From Macrostomum lignano (Eukaryota): a DNA stretch of 64,000 nt. Every line of letters begins with the position of its first letter. Within the stretch, counting starts at the first letter, position 1. The notes below the pieces were generated by a model. It had not been told where the DNA came from, searched no databases, and was given only the letters and a program-made list of their open reading frames with translations. The stretch lies in the NCBI GenBank assembly GCA_002269645.1, contig NIVC01001743.1, positions 124,001-188,000 of the forward strand, in the 5' to 3' direction. Of the stretch, positions 11,413 to 21,868 are shown in pieces. The translations under genes were made by a program, and so were the position numbers.

Positions 11413-14400
11413 ATGGCGGAGGTCTCCGGCGGCTTGCGCCTTCGTGGCCAGTCCGAGCCGCTCACCCGGCGACTCAAGCGACTGCTCGACGAGTACTCTG
11501 ACGGTCTGGCGGTGCCCAAGGAGCTGCTGCAGAACGCTGACGACGCGGGCGCCACCGAGGTCACCCTGCTCTACGACTGCCGCGGGAACTCCGACTGGCG
11601 CGGCTCCGAGTCGCTGCTCGACCCGACGATGGCCAACTGTCAGGGACGGGCGCTGTGGGCCTTCAACAACGCCACCTTCAGCGATGAGGACTTCGACAAC
11701 ATCCTGCAGCTGAGCGGAGCCACCAAGCTGGAGAAGACGGCCAAGGTCGGTCGCTTCGGTCTGGGCTTCAACTCGGTGTACAACCTGACTGACGTGCCGC
11801 AGATCCTCAGTCGGCACCGCATGCTAATCCTTGACCCGCACGGTGAGCGCAGGGGCGAGGGCTACTTGGAGGCGGTGTACGCGAGTCATGGGGACAGGGA
11901 CACTGGAGTTGAGCTCGACTTTCAAGCACAGCCGAGTCTGCTGGATCGGTACGCCAATCAGTTTGCACCGTTCGCTGGGGTCTTAGGCTGCAATCTGCAA
12001 GCGGATGAAGGAAACTTCGCCGGCACGCTGCTGCGTCTGCCGCTGCGCACTGAGGCTCAGGCAGCGAAGTCGAAGATCTGCGATCGCGTGTACTCTGACT
12101 CGGAGATTCGTGGCTTGTTGAGACTCACTGCAGAGCAAGCCGATGCTATGCTTCTGTTCACCCAGACAGTGCGAACATTCCGGTGTCTGTTCCTGCCGTC
12201 CAATGCGACCGATCCTTCAAATCAAACTCAACTCGTGTTCTGCGTTCACAAGAGCCCTCTCAAATATTTCCAGCGACATGCCATTGCCATGCCACCACTA
12301 CCAATAGCAGAAATGTCACAGGCGGATCAAGACTTCGCTGCTCAGAGCTCCATTCTCAAGCTAGCCGAAGCTCTGATCGAATCTGCTACTCAAGGACGCC
12401 CAGGACAAAATCAAGAGCATCGCTGTCAAGCGACTGTCGAGGTTCAGTTTCAACTAGGAAATTCAGCCCATGACCAGTTCCAGATCAGCACAGGCGCCTC
12501 CACCAGAGTGTGGCTCGTGTGCGCTGCTGTCGGCACTGGGCAGTCGCTCGCTGTCGCGTTGGAGCAGCGTCGTCTCGGACTGGCGCCTGTGGGAGCCGTG
12601 GCGCTGCCCATCGAGCAGTCTCGCAGGATCGTGCCGCTGTCACGTGACACACAGCCGGCCTCGCTGCTGTTCTGCTTCCTACCGCTGCCTGTCGAAAATC
12701 CATTTCCTGTGATGCTGAACGCGAGCTTCTCCGTCACCTCGAGCCGACGCCACTTCAACGAGGTCACGGTCGACGAGAAGCAGGGCGTGTGGAGTCTCGG
12801 CGAGTGGAACCGAGTGCTGCTCACAGACGTCATTTGTCCTGCCTATATCGACGCTCTGAAGATTCTAAGTGGAATGTCTTTGGTGAATGCAGAGATTTCG
12901 CAAGAGCTGTGGCCTCGATTCGACAGAGCTACTCAGTCTGTGTGGAGGCCGCTTATTGAGAAGTTCTACGTTTCCTTGCTTGACGGTCAGGCGCCAATCT
13001 TTCACACATCAGCTGGGTGGAAGAGTTTGGGTCACACAGTGTTTCTGGATCCCAGCATCCTGTCACTGGGTGGGATTTCAGATTGTTTGAGTCGACTCGC
13101 CATGAGACTCGTGGGGCAGCACGAAGGTGTAGCATCGTTGACTGATGGAGTTCGACGAACTGTGGAGCAGCTGGGACTGACGAACAAGATTCTGCAGCGT
13201 CAGTGGTCGGGCGAGACATTACTGCTTAATTTGGTGTCGAACATGTCATGCCTGTGGCAGTCGGGCTACTCTGCGGACTGCTTCAGAGCGCTGAAATTCA
13301 TGCTGGATGTCATCAGTGGAGGTGGCAATGCAGACTGGAGCTCGGCTTCTAGAATTGTTACTCAAAACGTTGTGAATCAGTTGAAGCAGTCTTGTTGCAT
13401 TCCTAACGTTGGAAACGCCCTGTATCAGCCTCTGCAGCTTTTAGACTCCAGCTGTCCGGCTGCAAGGCTATTCGAAGTGAACGCAAGCGTGTTTCCTCAT
13501 AGTGGCCTGCAGACACCGGATCGGCTGAGAGCGCTCCGCTCAGTCGGGCTCCGTAAGGATCTCAGTTGGGCCGAGTTGCTGAGTCGCGCCAAGTCAGTTG
13601 CTGCGCTCTCCGAACCTCAGAAAACCGAGCGCACGGTGTTGCTGCTTTCGTACTTGGATTCGTTCCGTTCTCGGTTTGTAAACCAGCCGATTAATCAGCT
13701 GAGAAACGTAGCGTTTCTGCCTGCCTTGAAGAAACCTGAAAGCAGTTGCCTTGTCTGGCGAGCTGACCAGTATCAAAACACGCAACTTTTCCAGCCTTGT
13801 CAGCTATTTGATGCCAGCTGCGAAGATCTTGTATCCGCATCGCAGCTTATTTTGGACGAGACGGTGCTGCGTGATGTTACCTCATCAAGGAGACGAGATC
13901 TTTTGGCTCAAATCGGAGTTCTAAACTTGAGCCAAGTCTCCAATGAAGTGGCTTGGCAGCAGCTGGTAGCTCTAGATGGCACCCGAGCTGGCAATGAAGA
14001 AACTCTGCGAGTGAGCCGGTGCGTCTATCGACACCTCAGTGCCCAAATCTCTAACCGACGGCTCAATAGCCAAATGGTTCTTAGCATGGTGAACCAGACT
14101 CCGAACATTATTTGGTCTTCATCAGGTTTCATTAGGCCTGCTCAAGTGAGTCTGCTCAGATCTGATACGGGATTTGAGCCATATCTTTATGTATTGCCGT
14201 CGGAATTGAGCTATGATCAATACAAACTTTTTTTGACGGCAGCTGGAGTCAATGAGCGCTTCCAGGCTTGCCACTTTGCTGGTGTACTTAAACTTCTGTC
14301 ACAGCAGTACTCGTCAGAACCACTGGCATCAAGTGATTTAGAGTTAAGCCTTAAACTACTCAATCGAATTGGCAGCTGCAATGATGAAACATTGGCGCCT

Positions 14401-17400
14401 GAGAGTTTAGTAGCACCCGATCAGCGTAACATTCTGAGACCGTTCAAAAATTTGTACTTCAACAACTTGTCCTGGATGGATTCTGTGTGGCTTCTAGACG
14501 AATCCGAAAATGAAATTTACTTTTGCCATGAGGAAATTTCCCCTGGGCTGTGTCAAAGGCTTGGAATACCCGACAAGAGAGAAAGCATGCTGGCTCAGTT
14601 AATGCAGCCTCTGCCTTTCGGTCAACACGAGGACCTCACAACCAGACTGCAGAACATCATTTCCGGCTACCCGCTTGGAATCGAACTCTTCAAGGAACTC
14701 ATTCAGAATGCTGATGATGCTGGGGCATCAAAGATCAGCTTCATCATCGATCGTCGGCAACACGGAACCGAGCGCCTGCTGAGCGACAACTGGAAGGAGC
14801 TGCAGGGACCCGCGCTTCTCGTCTACAACGATTCGACATTCTCCGATGCGGACATCAAAGGTATTCAAAACCTCGGTCTCGGGTCCAAGCGAGACGATGC
14901 ATGGAAAGCTGGACAGTACGGCATCGGGTTCAACTGTGTGTACAACATCACGGATGCGCCCTCGTTTCTGTCCGATGGAAAGATTTTCTGCGTGATGGAT
15001 CCGCACTGCAGGTACATGCCTGGGGCTACTTTCCATTCTCCAGGAGGAATGTTTAAGAACGTCAACCGTTTGGAAGGAATTTTTCCCAACGTATTCGCGG
15101 GATACTCCCACGAAAACCTGCGGCACCAGGGAGGCACTGTGTTTCGACTGCCACTGAGAACGGCAGCTTTAGCAATCGTGTCAAAAATATGCAAAGAAGA
15201 AGTGACCACCGATGCCCTCAAGGCTCTATTTGATAAGTTCAAAACTGAACTAGGACGAATTGGCTTGTTTTTGTTAAATATTCGCGAGTTGCAACTAGCT
15301 GAAATATCACCTGATGGCAACCTTCAAACTGCTTTTTCTGCCAAATTTCAACCGAACTGTATCTTAGGAGATTTTGATGACTACAAGAAGAAGTGCGAGA
15401 GTGCTGGTAAACAATTGCTTATTAAAGAGACTCAGCTTAGCGACCTCGAACTAAGCTCAGTCATATACGAATTGACCATCCACTGCGAGGACCTCAACTC
15501 ACGCTCAGAACAAAAATGGCTTGTTTGCCAGCAAATTGGTGGCCCGATAGAAAGTCTGCCCTCTCCGCTGCAGCGTGAAGTGACTTCGGGCGAGTGGCGT
15601 CTGCTGTCCAAGACTGGAGTGGCCGCTTGCGTATCCGGGTTGACAAAGGAAAGAACCAAAGGTCACGTGTACTGTCTACTTCCTCTTCCATTGACCACGG
15701 AACTGCCTGTTCACATAAACGGTCACTTCATTCTAGACCCATCCCGTAGATCCCTGTGGAAAGCACATGGTGATGCAGACTTCAAAGAACAGTGGAACCA
15801 CCTGCTGGCCACTCAGCTCCTGCCCCAATGCTATGGCAGTCTTCTACAGGCAGCAAAGACATCAGTCAGTCAAGTGGACAAATTCTACAGCCTCCTTCCA
15901 GAATGTCACCGAAACGATGAGCCACTGTGGAAGGAATTGGCAAGACGTTTTTTTCAAATGGCTTATAAAAAACGCTGGGCCATATTTCCTGTGATTTTAG
16001 ACCAACTGAAGTGGCTGCCACTCGCACTGAGCTCCGAGGACATCAGTGGCACAGCTGCTTTCTTATCTCCGCACAATTTTAAAGATTGCCTGCGAAACGT
16101 ACTAATGAAGTTACAGTTTCCTCTAATAGAGCCGGATAAAGTATGGTTGGAACAATCCCTCCGTTCTAGCCAGATCGAATTCATCCCAGTCGTTGACTCA
16201 AGCACCATCTCTGCATTTCTGCGGGGACCTGTGTGCAACTCGCTGAGAGACACACTACCAATAGATGTCAGCGAGACTTTGCTTGAAAGCCCAGAGGCTG
16301 TAGCGACCCTACTGACACATCTTATCAATGAATTGGGCGTGAATGCACGAAAAATTTGTGGTACTCCGCTAAATCTGGATGCCGGCAATCGGCTTTCTGT
16401 GTTGGGCTCACAAGAGAATCCCCTGTACCTCACAGTATTCAGCGATCTGTTTGATCGAGCAACAGCAGCGACAACTGCGAGAACAATGCGTAGGAGATAT
16501 CCAGCCTACGGAAAAGCCAAGCAGCCATACGGAGTAGTGTCAGGTACTCCCTCAGGAGCTAGCAACTACACTATGCATAAAGGTAATCCAAAGTTTGAGT
16601 TTGTCCACATCAAAGTTCTATCGTCTCTTTCATCTGAAGCTAAACGCAACTTACTGCAATTCAAATTGTACCGAGAGTTCAAGCTGGAAGACTTTAGCTT
16701 GCTTTTGCACCGAGAGTACGCCTCAATCTGCAGCGATGGTTTCGTTTACCTACCGATCACACATCTCGGCTTCCCTCCAAGTTATTTCGAGAAATGGATA
16801 GCAAGAGTTTGGCAATTAATAAACGGCAAGTGTTCTGGCGAGAGTAAGGCAATGCAAGACCTTACTTCTGCCAGGCTGGGGAACGCCCATCTTGTTCCCG
16901 TCGATCCATCGAGCCTTCTAAGCATCTCAAAGGCTCCGTGTGTTTATAATCCAATCAAGAGTGGTCTTGACAACAGCAGCGAAGCACTTCAAGAGTCTCT
17001 CAAGCAGCTAAATGCTCCCTCGCTCAGCATGACAAACTTGAAGCTGGTCAGCAGTCTGTGCGGAAACGTTGGGCAGCCCGAGTCCATGCTGAGAGTGATG
17101 GAGTTCGCTCTGAATGAGAATCCTAAAAGATCCGCAATTACTGAAAAGCAGGCTGTGAGCTTTTTGGTGTACATTCAGAATCACTGGCAAGAACTAAGTA
17201 AGAGACTGGAAGAGCAGAACCTCCTTGTCAGAGTGCGTCAATTACCGGTGTTTGTCACTTCTGACGGTCGCTGCTGCGCGCTCAACTCCGACCAGGCCTG
17301 CATCTTGCCGGCATCGCTTGTGGCTGACGAGATGGACAAGTGGAAGAGCTCCAGCCAGGCCATCTTTCTGAAAGCCAATTCCAATCTCGCCCACCTGTAC

Positions 17401-20400
17401 GGAAAGCTGAAGTGTGACGAGATGGAGGAGATCGAGGTCTACGCAAGCTTCATTCTACCCGTGTTCTCAAACTTTAACAGCGATGAAACTCGATCGAAAC
17501 ACCTGGAAAGACTCCGCCTTCTAAGCTGGAGCTTTGAGGCACTTAAGCAACAAAACATGGCGCTATTTAAAAAGCTCAAGCTATCTCTTGGAAGCGCTGA
17601 GTTGATTCCTGTTCAGGGTAACTGGAGACATGTCAGTTCGTTTTTTAATGAGAAAGTCGAAGTGTTTCGCAGATTTTTGGACTCGAAATGGTTCCTACCT
17701 CAGCCTTACAATGGCGACCGCTGGAGACGGCTTATGGAAGCTTCCGGATTGGTCGTAGAGTGCTCTGCTGAAATTGTTATTTACTTTGCGAACCAGCTTC
17801 ACGCTGAAGGAGCAAATGGTATAACAGAAAAGCTGGTGGAGAAGTCTAATTTTTTGCTCGAGTATATTGATATCGATGACTTTAGAGCACAGAGAACTGA
17901 TACTGCCATTCAAAAGCTTGCTAATACTCCATTTGTCACAGCTAACAATGATGCAAGTTTGCAGAGCCTCTGCAAGTCTGAGGGCGTTCAGATGGCGCGT
18001 CTCTCGGAGTGCGTCATGTTTGACAGCCGCCTCCTCTGCTGGACTGTAGCGCCGTTCTCCCCGCCCTGCATCGCTACGGGAAGCTGCTTTGCCAAGTTTA
18101 CCAAACCAGTTACTGATGAACTCTTTCTACGTCACCTGGCAAATTTGTTTAGCGCGCCAGAGTTCGTGTCGTCAAGCTTGCAAGGCGAGGCCGCATTACT
18201 GAGAGTCAGAGTTCTGCATTCCGTCTATGAAAAGTTGAATTCAATGCTTAATAAGGGTAATTTGATTTCCTTTCTAAAGGAAGTTCCCTGTATTTTGGTT
18301 GGAGAGATGGACCAATCCTGCTTTGTCAAAGCAAACAGAATTACTTTCACTAAAGAGTCTGTGGTATTTCCGTACATTCTATTGTGTCCAAAAAAATTTT
18401 GGCAGTTTAAAAGTCTGTTCCAAGCTCTCGGAGCTACAGAGTCTGCAACAGTGGAGCAGCTACGCCTTGCAATGGAACTCACTTGGAGAGAGGAGCAAGG
18501 CTTGCTTCGAGCAGACAGGCTTTGCTCGGTGAAGCAATGTGTGTCAAGTCTAATCAAATTGTTAGAGGCAGGAGCTGAGCTTAGGTTGCAGCCCGGGACA
18601 AAGCTCTTTCTGCCAAGAAAGTGCTCTAAGGAGACAAGTGACTCCGGTGGAGTGGAAAACGCCTTCGACCTGGTGGACTGCACCCAGCTAATAATCAACG
18701 ACTCTGATGGCTACCATAAAAGACTTGAAGATACTCAAGGCGTACATTTTCTCGATCTGAGCTTCTGCGATCTGGGCAGCGACAAGCTCAAGTTTTTCTA
18801 CCATCACTTGGCAACGAAACTGGATCTAAGAAGATTAAGTGACACTACGAGCGAGAGGCTACTTTCAGACTGCAGCAAGCAGTGCAGTGACGGCGAAGAC
18901 TGCGAAGTTAGAAGTAAGCTTCAAGATAAGCTGCAACACCCTAAACTTCATCTGTGCATCGTGAGCATCATGCTTCACGAAAATAAAGATTCTTCAATCA
19001 AAGGAGATGAATTGTTGACGAAATTGACAAATCTGATATCCGACTTCTCAGTCGTGTGCCTCCCGGAGCTGCGCACTGTTCTGCTACTAGACGGTAGGGA
19101 ACAGGAAGATTCCGATGCGTCAAAGAGGTTCTATCTTGATTCTCGAAAATGTCACATTCTCATGAATCACTCTGCCGTGCCTGAGGAGGAAGCTGGGGAC
19201 CCAGCGCAGCTTTGGAAGACGGACTTCACTGACGCTGTATTGAAAATTCTCAATACCGGATTTACCCTGTCGGATAAGCAAGAAAAGTATTTGCAGCAAG
19301 TGCTTTTAATGGATGATTCGGAAAGCATGCAGACCGTATTGGACAAGCATAAAATCTCCCTGCACCAGAAAAGTGGACAGCAACAGTTTTCAGAGCCAGA
19401 CACACAAGCTGCTTCAATCCTGGGCGATCCTGTTCCAGAATTTGACAAGTGCCTGTTGAGCCAAATGCCAGACAGAGCGAAAGACTTGATCGAAAAAACT
19501 GTTGCGTATCGAACTCAGGAAGGAGAATTTGTTTACGCTCGAGTCGTCAAAAAACACACCAATGGAGGTGACAACCCATGGACTGAGGAGGTCACGATTG
19601 ACACTGGCGGCGGTTCGCTGACCAGAGTCCAAATGTCTGAACTCTACTCAGTTGAGAAGCGTTTTATCCACAACATCCCGGATTCGCCACCACCGAGCGG
19701 CGAAGAACTCAAACAAACGGTGGACCGTCTCCTGAATAGCGCCAATGCTCTGCCTAAGAAGCAGCAGGGTAGGGTCTTACAGCGAGTTATGGCTCACTGT
19801 TCCGGCAACTCGCGAGAGTCCTACGAGCAGGCGAGAATGCACGCTGCTGCCAATCATGAATGGACCAGACAGTTTGACAGCTGCCAAGACGAATGGTACG
19901 AGGAAACTGTTCGAGTGACCAGGTATCGGAAGGTTCTGATTGCCGAGGATGTAATGATCACCAGAATGACGAGACGGCGGCACGGCGGAGTTGGCCGGGG
20001 ACTCAATTTTGCTGCCGCAGCGTCGGGCAGCTCAGCAGGAGGTGACAGGTATTGCTGGCACGGCCCATCTTGCGTCCCAGTCCCAGCCACTAGAAGAGCT
20101 CCCAGATGCGCGTCGCAACCGGAGGAGGCGGCCAGGTACTTGAAGACGTCGAGAAACGACCTACTCGCGGCTGCCCAACTAGCCGAGAACGGCGAGTTCA
20201 ACAACTGGGTCTGCTACCTCAGCTGGCAGGCCGCGGAGAAGGCGCTGGTAGCCTTGCTTCTGAAGCAGGGCCAGCCTTTTGATGGCAACCAGCTCAAGTT
20301 GAGCTACCTGACCAGAGTCTCTGTAACGGGTCTGAGCAGCGACCAGCAAAAAAACCTGACTGATCAGGTGATCAAACTTGCTGGCGCCATTGTGGACGAT

Positions 20401-20529
20401 TGTCGCTACCCGAGCGACCGCGGCCGGCCGCTGATTCCATCGGAAATTTTCAGGGCTGAACAGGCGGCTGCAGCGCTGCAGGCAGCTCAGGGCGTCGAGC
20501 GGTGCGTTGCGTCTGCAATTGCCGACTGA
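11413..20529 (+). CDS. SACS: Sacsin-like protein, 3038 aa, single exon (two sacsin-repeat GHKL ATPase modules, degenerate J-domain, C-terminal HEPN)
   Basis: Uninterrupted 9.1-kb ORF. Module 1: GQSEPLT, ELLQNADDAGA, GRFGLGFNSVYNLTDVP. Module 2: PFGQHEDLT, ELIQNADDAGA, GQYGIGFNCVYNITDAP. LPVHINGHF. HEPN: ARYLKTSRNDL...WVCYLSWQAAEKALVA...CRYP. Family assignment; orthology untested. Confidence 0.95.
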   Translation: MAEVSGGLRLRGQSEPLTRRLKRLLDEYSDGLAVPKELLQNADDAGATEVTLLYDCRGNSDWRGSESLLDPTMANCQGRALWAFNNATFSDEDFDNILQLSGATKLEKTAKVGRFGLGFNSVYNLTDVPQILSRHRMLILDPHGERRGEGYLEAVYASHGDRDTGVELDFQAQPSLLDRYANQFAPFAGVLGCNLQADEGNFAGTLLRLPLRTEAQAAKSKICDRVYSDSEIRGLLRLTAEQADAMLLFTQTVRTFRCLFLPSNATDPSNQTQLVFCVHKSPLKYFQRHAIAMPPLPIAEMSQADQDFAAQSSILKLAEALIESATQGRPGQNQEHRCQATVEVQFQLGNSAHDQFQISTGASTRVWLVCAAVGTGQSLAVALEQRRLGLAPVGAVALPIEQSRRIVPLSRDTQPASLLFCFLPLPVENPFPVMLNASFSVTSSRRHFNEVTVDEKQGVWSLGEWNRVLLTDVICPAYIDALKILSGMSLVNAEISQELWPRFDRATQSVWRPLIEKFYVSLLDGQAPIFHTSAGWKSLGHTVFLDPSILSLGGISDCLSRLAMRLVGQHEGVASLTDGVRRTVEQLGLTNKILQRQWSGETLLLNLVSNMSCLWQSGYSADCFRALKFMLDVISGGGNADWSSASRIVTQNVVNQLKQSCCIPNVGNALYQPLQLLDSSCPAARLFEVNASVFPHSGLQTPDRLRALRSVGLRKDLSWAELLSRAKSVAALSEPQKTERTVLLLSYLDSFRSRFVNQPINQLRNVAFLPALKKPESSCLVWRADQYQNTQLFQPCQLFDASCEDLVSASQLILDETVLRDVTSSRRRDLLAQIGVLNLSQVSNEVAWQQLVALDGTRAGNEETLRVSRCVYRHLSAQISNRRLNSQMVLSMVNQTPNIIWSSSGFIRPAQVSLLRSDTGFEPYLYVLPSELSYDQYKLFLTAAGVNERFQACHFAGVLKLLSQQYSSEPLASSDLELSLKLLNRIGSCNDETLAPESLVAPDQRNILRPFKNLYFNNLSWMDSVWLLDESENEIYFCHEEISPGLCQRLGIPDKRESMLAQLMQPLPFGQHEDLTTRLQNIISGYPLGIELFKELIQNADDAGASKISFIIDRRQHGTERLLSDNWKELQGPALLVYNDSTFSDADIKGIQNLGLGSKRDDAWKAGQYGIGFNCVYNITDAPSFLSDGKIFCVMDPHCRYMPGATFHSPGGMFKNVNRLEGIFPNVFAGYSHENLRHQGGTVFRLPLRTAALAIVSKICKEEVTTDALKALFDKFKTELGRIGLFLLNIRELQLAEISPDGNLQTAFSAKFQPNCILGDFDDYKKKCESAGKQLLIKETQLSDLELSSVIYELTIHCEDLNSRSEQKWLVCQQIGGPIESLPSPLQREVTSGEWRLLSKTGVAACVSGLTKERTKGHVYCLLPLPLTTELPVHINGHFILDPSRRSLWKAHGDADFKEQWNHLLATQLLPQCYGSLLQAAKTSVSQVDKFYSLLPECHRNDEPLWKELARRFFQMAYKKRWAIFPVILDQLKWLPLALSSEDISGTAAFLSPHNFKDCLRNVLMKLQFPLIEPDKVWLEQSLRSSQIEFIPVVDSSTISAFLRGPVCNSLRDTLPIDVSETLLESPEAVATLLTHLINELGVNARKICGTPLNLDAGNRLSVLGSQENPLYLTVFSDLFDRATAATTARTMRRRYPAYGKAKQPYGVVSGTPSGASNYTMHKGNPKFEFVHIKVLSSLSSEAKRNLLQFKLYREFKLEDFSLLLHREYASICSDGFVYLPITHLGFPPSYFEKWIARVWQLINGKCSGESKAMQDLTSARLGNAHLVPVDPSSLLSISKAPCVYNPIKSGLDNSSEALQESLKQLNAPSLSMTNLKLVSSLCGNVGQPESMLRVMEFALNENPKRSAITEKQAVSFLVYIQNHWQELSKRLEEQNLLVRVRQLPVFVTSDGRCCALNSDQACILPASLVADEMDKWKSSSQAIFLKANSNLAHLYGKLKCDEMEEIEVYASFILPVFSNFNSDETRSKHLERLRLLSWSFEALKQQNMALFKKLKLSLGSAELIPVQGNWRHVSSFFNEKVEVFRRFLDSKWFLPQPYNGDRWRRLMEASGLVVECSAEIVIYFANQLHAEGANGITEKLVEKSNFLLEYIDIDDFRAQRTDTAIQKLANTPFVTANNDASLQSLCKSEGVQMARLSECVMFDSRLLCWTVAPFSPPCIATGSCFAKFTKPVTDELFLRHLANLFSAPEFVSSSLQGEAALLRVRVLHSVYEKLNSMLNKGNLISFLKEVPCILVGEMDQSCFVKANRITFTKESVVFPYILLCPKKFWQFKSLFQALGATESATVEQLRLAMELTWREEQGLLRADRLCSVKQCVSSLIKLLEAGAELRLQPGTKLFLPRKCSKETSDSGGVENAFDLVDCTQLIINDSDGYHKRLEDTQGVHFLDLSFCDLGSDKLKFFYHHLATKLDLRRLSDTTSERLLSDCSKQCSDGEDCEVRSKLQDKLQHPKLHLCIVSIMLHENKDSSIKGDELLTKLTNLISDFSVVCLPELRTVLLLDGREQEDSDASKRFYLDSRKCHILMNHSAVPEEEAGDPAQLWKTDFTDAVLKILNTGFTLSDKQEKYLQQVLLMDDSESMQTVLDKHKISLHQKSGQQQFSEPDTQAASILGDPVPEFDKCLLSQMPDRAKDLIEKTVAYRTQEGEFVYARVVKKHTNGGDNPWTEEVTIDTGGGSLTRVQMSELYSVEKRFIHNIPDSPPPSGEELKQTVDRLLNSANALPKKQQGRVLQRVMAHCSGNSRESYEQARMHAAANHEWTRQFDSCQDEWYEETVRVTRYRKVLIAEDVMITRMTRRRHGGVGRGLNFAAAASGSSAGGDRYCWHGPSCVPVPATRRAPRCASQPEEAARYLKTSRNDLLAAAQLAENGEFNNWVCYLSWQAAEKALVALLLKQGQPFDGNQLKLSYLTRVSVTGLSSDQQKNLTDQVIKLAGAIVDDCRYPSDRGRPLIPSEIFRAEQAAAALQAAQGVERCVASAIAD

Positions 20530-20870
20530 GTTTGAGACGATGCTGCTGCGTAGCTATTCTCCACGAGCAGTAAAATGTTTGCTATTGTTTTAAGACTTCA
20601 TACAGGCGTAGTTGTGAGTTACATGATTATACAATACGGACGCTGGTCTCTGACATCACATGTACGAAAAGTAAAGCTTCCTCTTAAAAGGTAAAACGAA
20701 TTAGAAGATGAAGAGGAGTCAACTAATGCCATAGACGAAAGCGCATAGCAATGTTTCTACTGACTATTTTTGAGTGTTAATAATGTTATTAGCACGCGAG
20801 CGCAAGCGTGGTAATGACATTAAAACTCAAAAATAGTGCAGAAGAGTAATTCATTCTAAAGAGTTTAATA

Positions 20871-21868
20871 TACGAGGGGTGTCCAAAAAGTAGTGATACT
20901 TTTAACCGTAGCTCTCGTTCTGTAGCTTCCTGTGATTTAAAATTTTATGAACTGATAGCGGAAAATCTCTTCTACAGACTGCTTTTTGAATTTTTAAAAT
21001 TGATACTAGAGAAAAAAAGTTATACCCACGAAAGTAACAGTACCTGTACCATAGAGTTACACAAATTATATCGAAATTTATAGTAGTTGACTTCTGCACT
21101 CATTCATTAAGAAGGCATCGATAAATGTCTTGTTTAAGCAATACCAAACCCCAATTGCAAAATGTTGCTCACTGTGACTGACTGAAATTTATCTATGGAC
21201 GGGATCAGGCGCAGAAAAATAAAGCATTAAATGCATTACTTTACTTGCAAACAGAGGATCGCTTGCATTTTGCGATTCGTTCATGATTTCATTGCCCATA
21301 CTCGACAACACACATGAATGTGCACTCAGTTGTTGCTCAGCAAAGTACCATCTTCACTCTTTGGGGCGCTGGCCATAGTGCCTCAGAAATTCACGCAAAA
21401 CTTTGCTCTGCGCACGGATCCTCTGCGGTCAGCAAAATGACAGTTTATCGATGGATGGAGCAGTTCAGCGAGGGAAGGATTGACTTGGCAGATCAGCATT
21501 GGACGGGGCGGCCATACGTTCATCGACCTGATGTACTGGCGGACTCCATTCTGGATCTTCTTGACGAGGACTCCCGAATGACCATTAGAGAGATCGCTGA
21601 CAGGTTGGACAAGCCGAAATCAACAATTCATCGAAGCTTACTCGGCATGGATCTCGTGAAGCTCAGCCTATAATTTGTGTAACTCTGTGGTACAGGTACT
21701 GTTACTTTTGTGGGTATAACTTTTGTTCTCTGGTATCAATTTTAAAAATTCAAAAAGCAGTCTGTAGAAGAGATTTTCCGCTATCAGTTCATAAAATTTT
21801 AAATCACAGGAAGCTACAGAACGAGAGCTACGGTTCAAAGTATCACTACTTTTTGGACACCCCTCGTA
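20871..21868 (+). mobile_element. Non-autonomous mariner derivative with ~200-bp TIRs, TA target site
   Basis: 20871-21070 and 21669-21868 are near-perfect inverted copies: TA+CGAGGGGTGTCCAAAAAGTAGTGATAC... versus ...GTATCACTACTTTTTGGACACCCCTCG+TA. Confidence 0.92.
21314..21673 (+). CDS. Mariner transposase N-terminal DNA-binding domain only (119 aa)
   Basis: SASEIHAKL...TVYRWMEQFSEG...GRP...TIREIADRL...STIHR...KLS, then a stop supplied by the right TIR just before the expected WVPH motif. Expression unknown. Confidence 0.7.
   Translation: MNVHSVVAQQSTIFTLWGAGHSASEIHAKLCSAHGSSAVSKMTVYRWMEQFSEGRIDLADQHWTGRPYVHRPDVLADSILDLLDEDSRMTIREIADRLDKPKSTIHRSLLGMDLVKLSL

Noticed and set aside
11389-20204. 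Many 60-160-aa ORFs antisense to or overlapping sacsin
   Set aside because: Shadow ORFs from GC-rich codon usage, with no recognisable motifs. The same holds for those over PAPSS (26040-30812) and 55259-55726.
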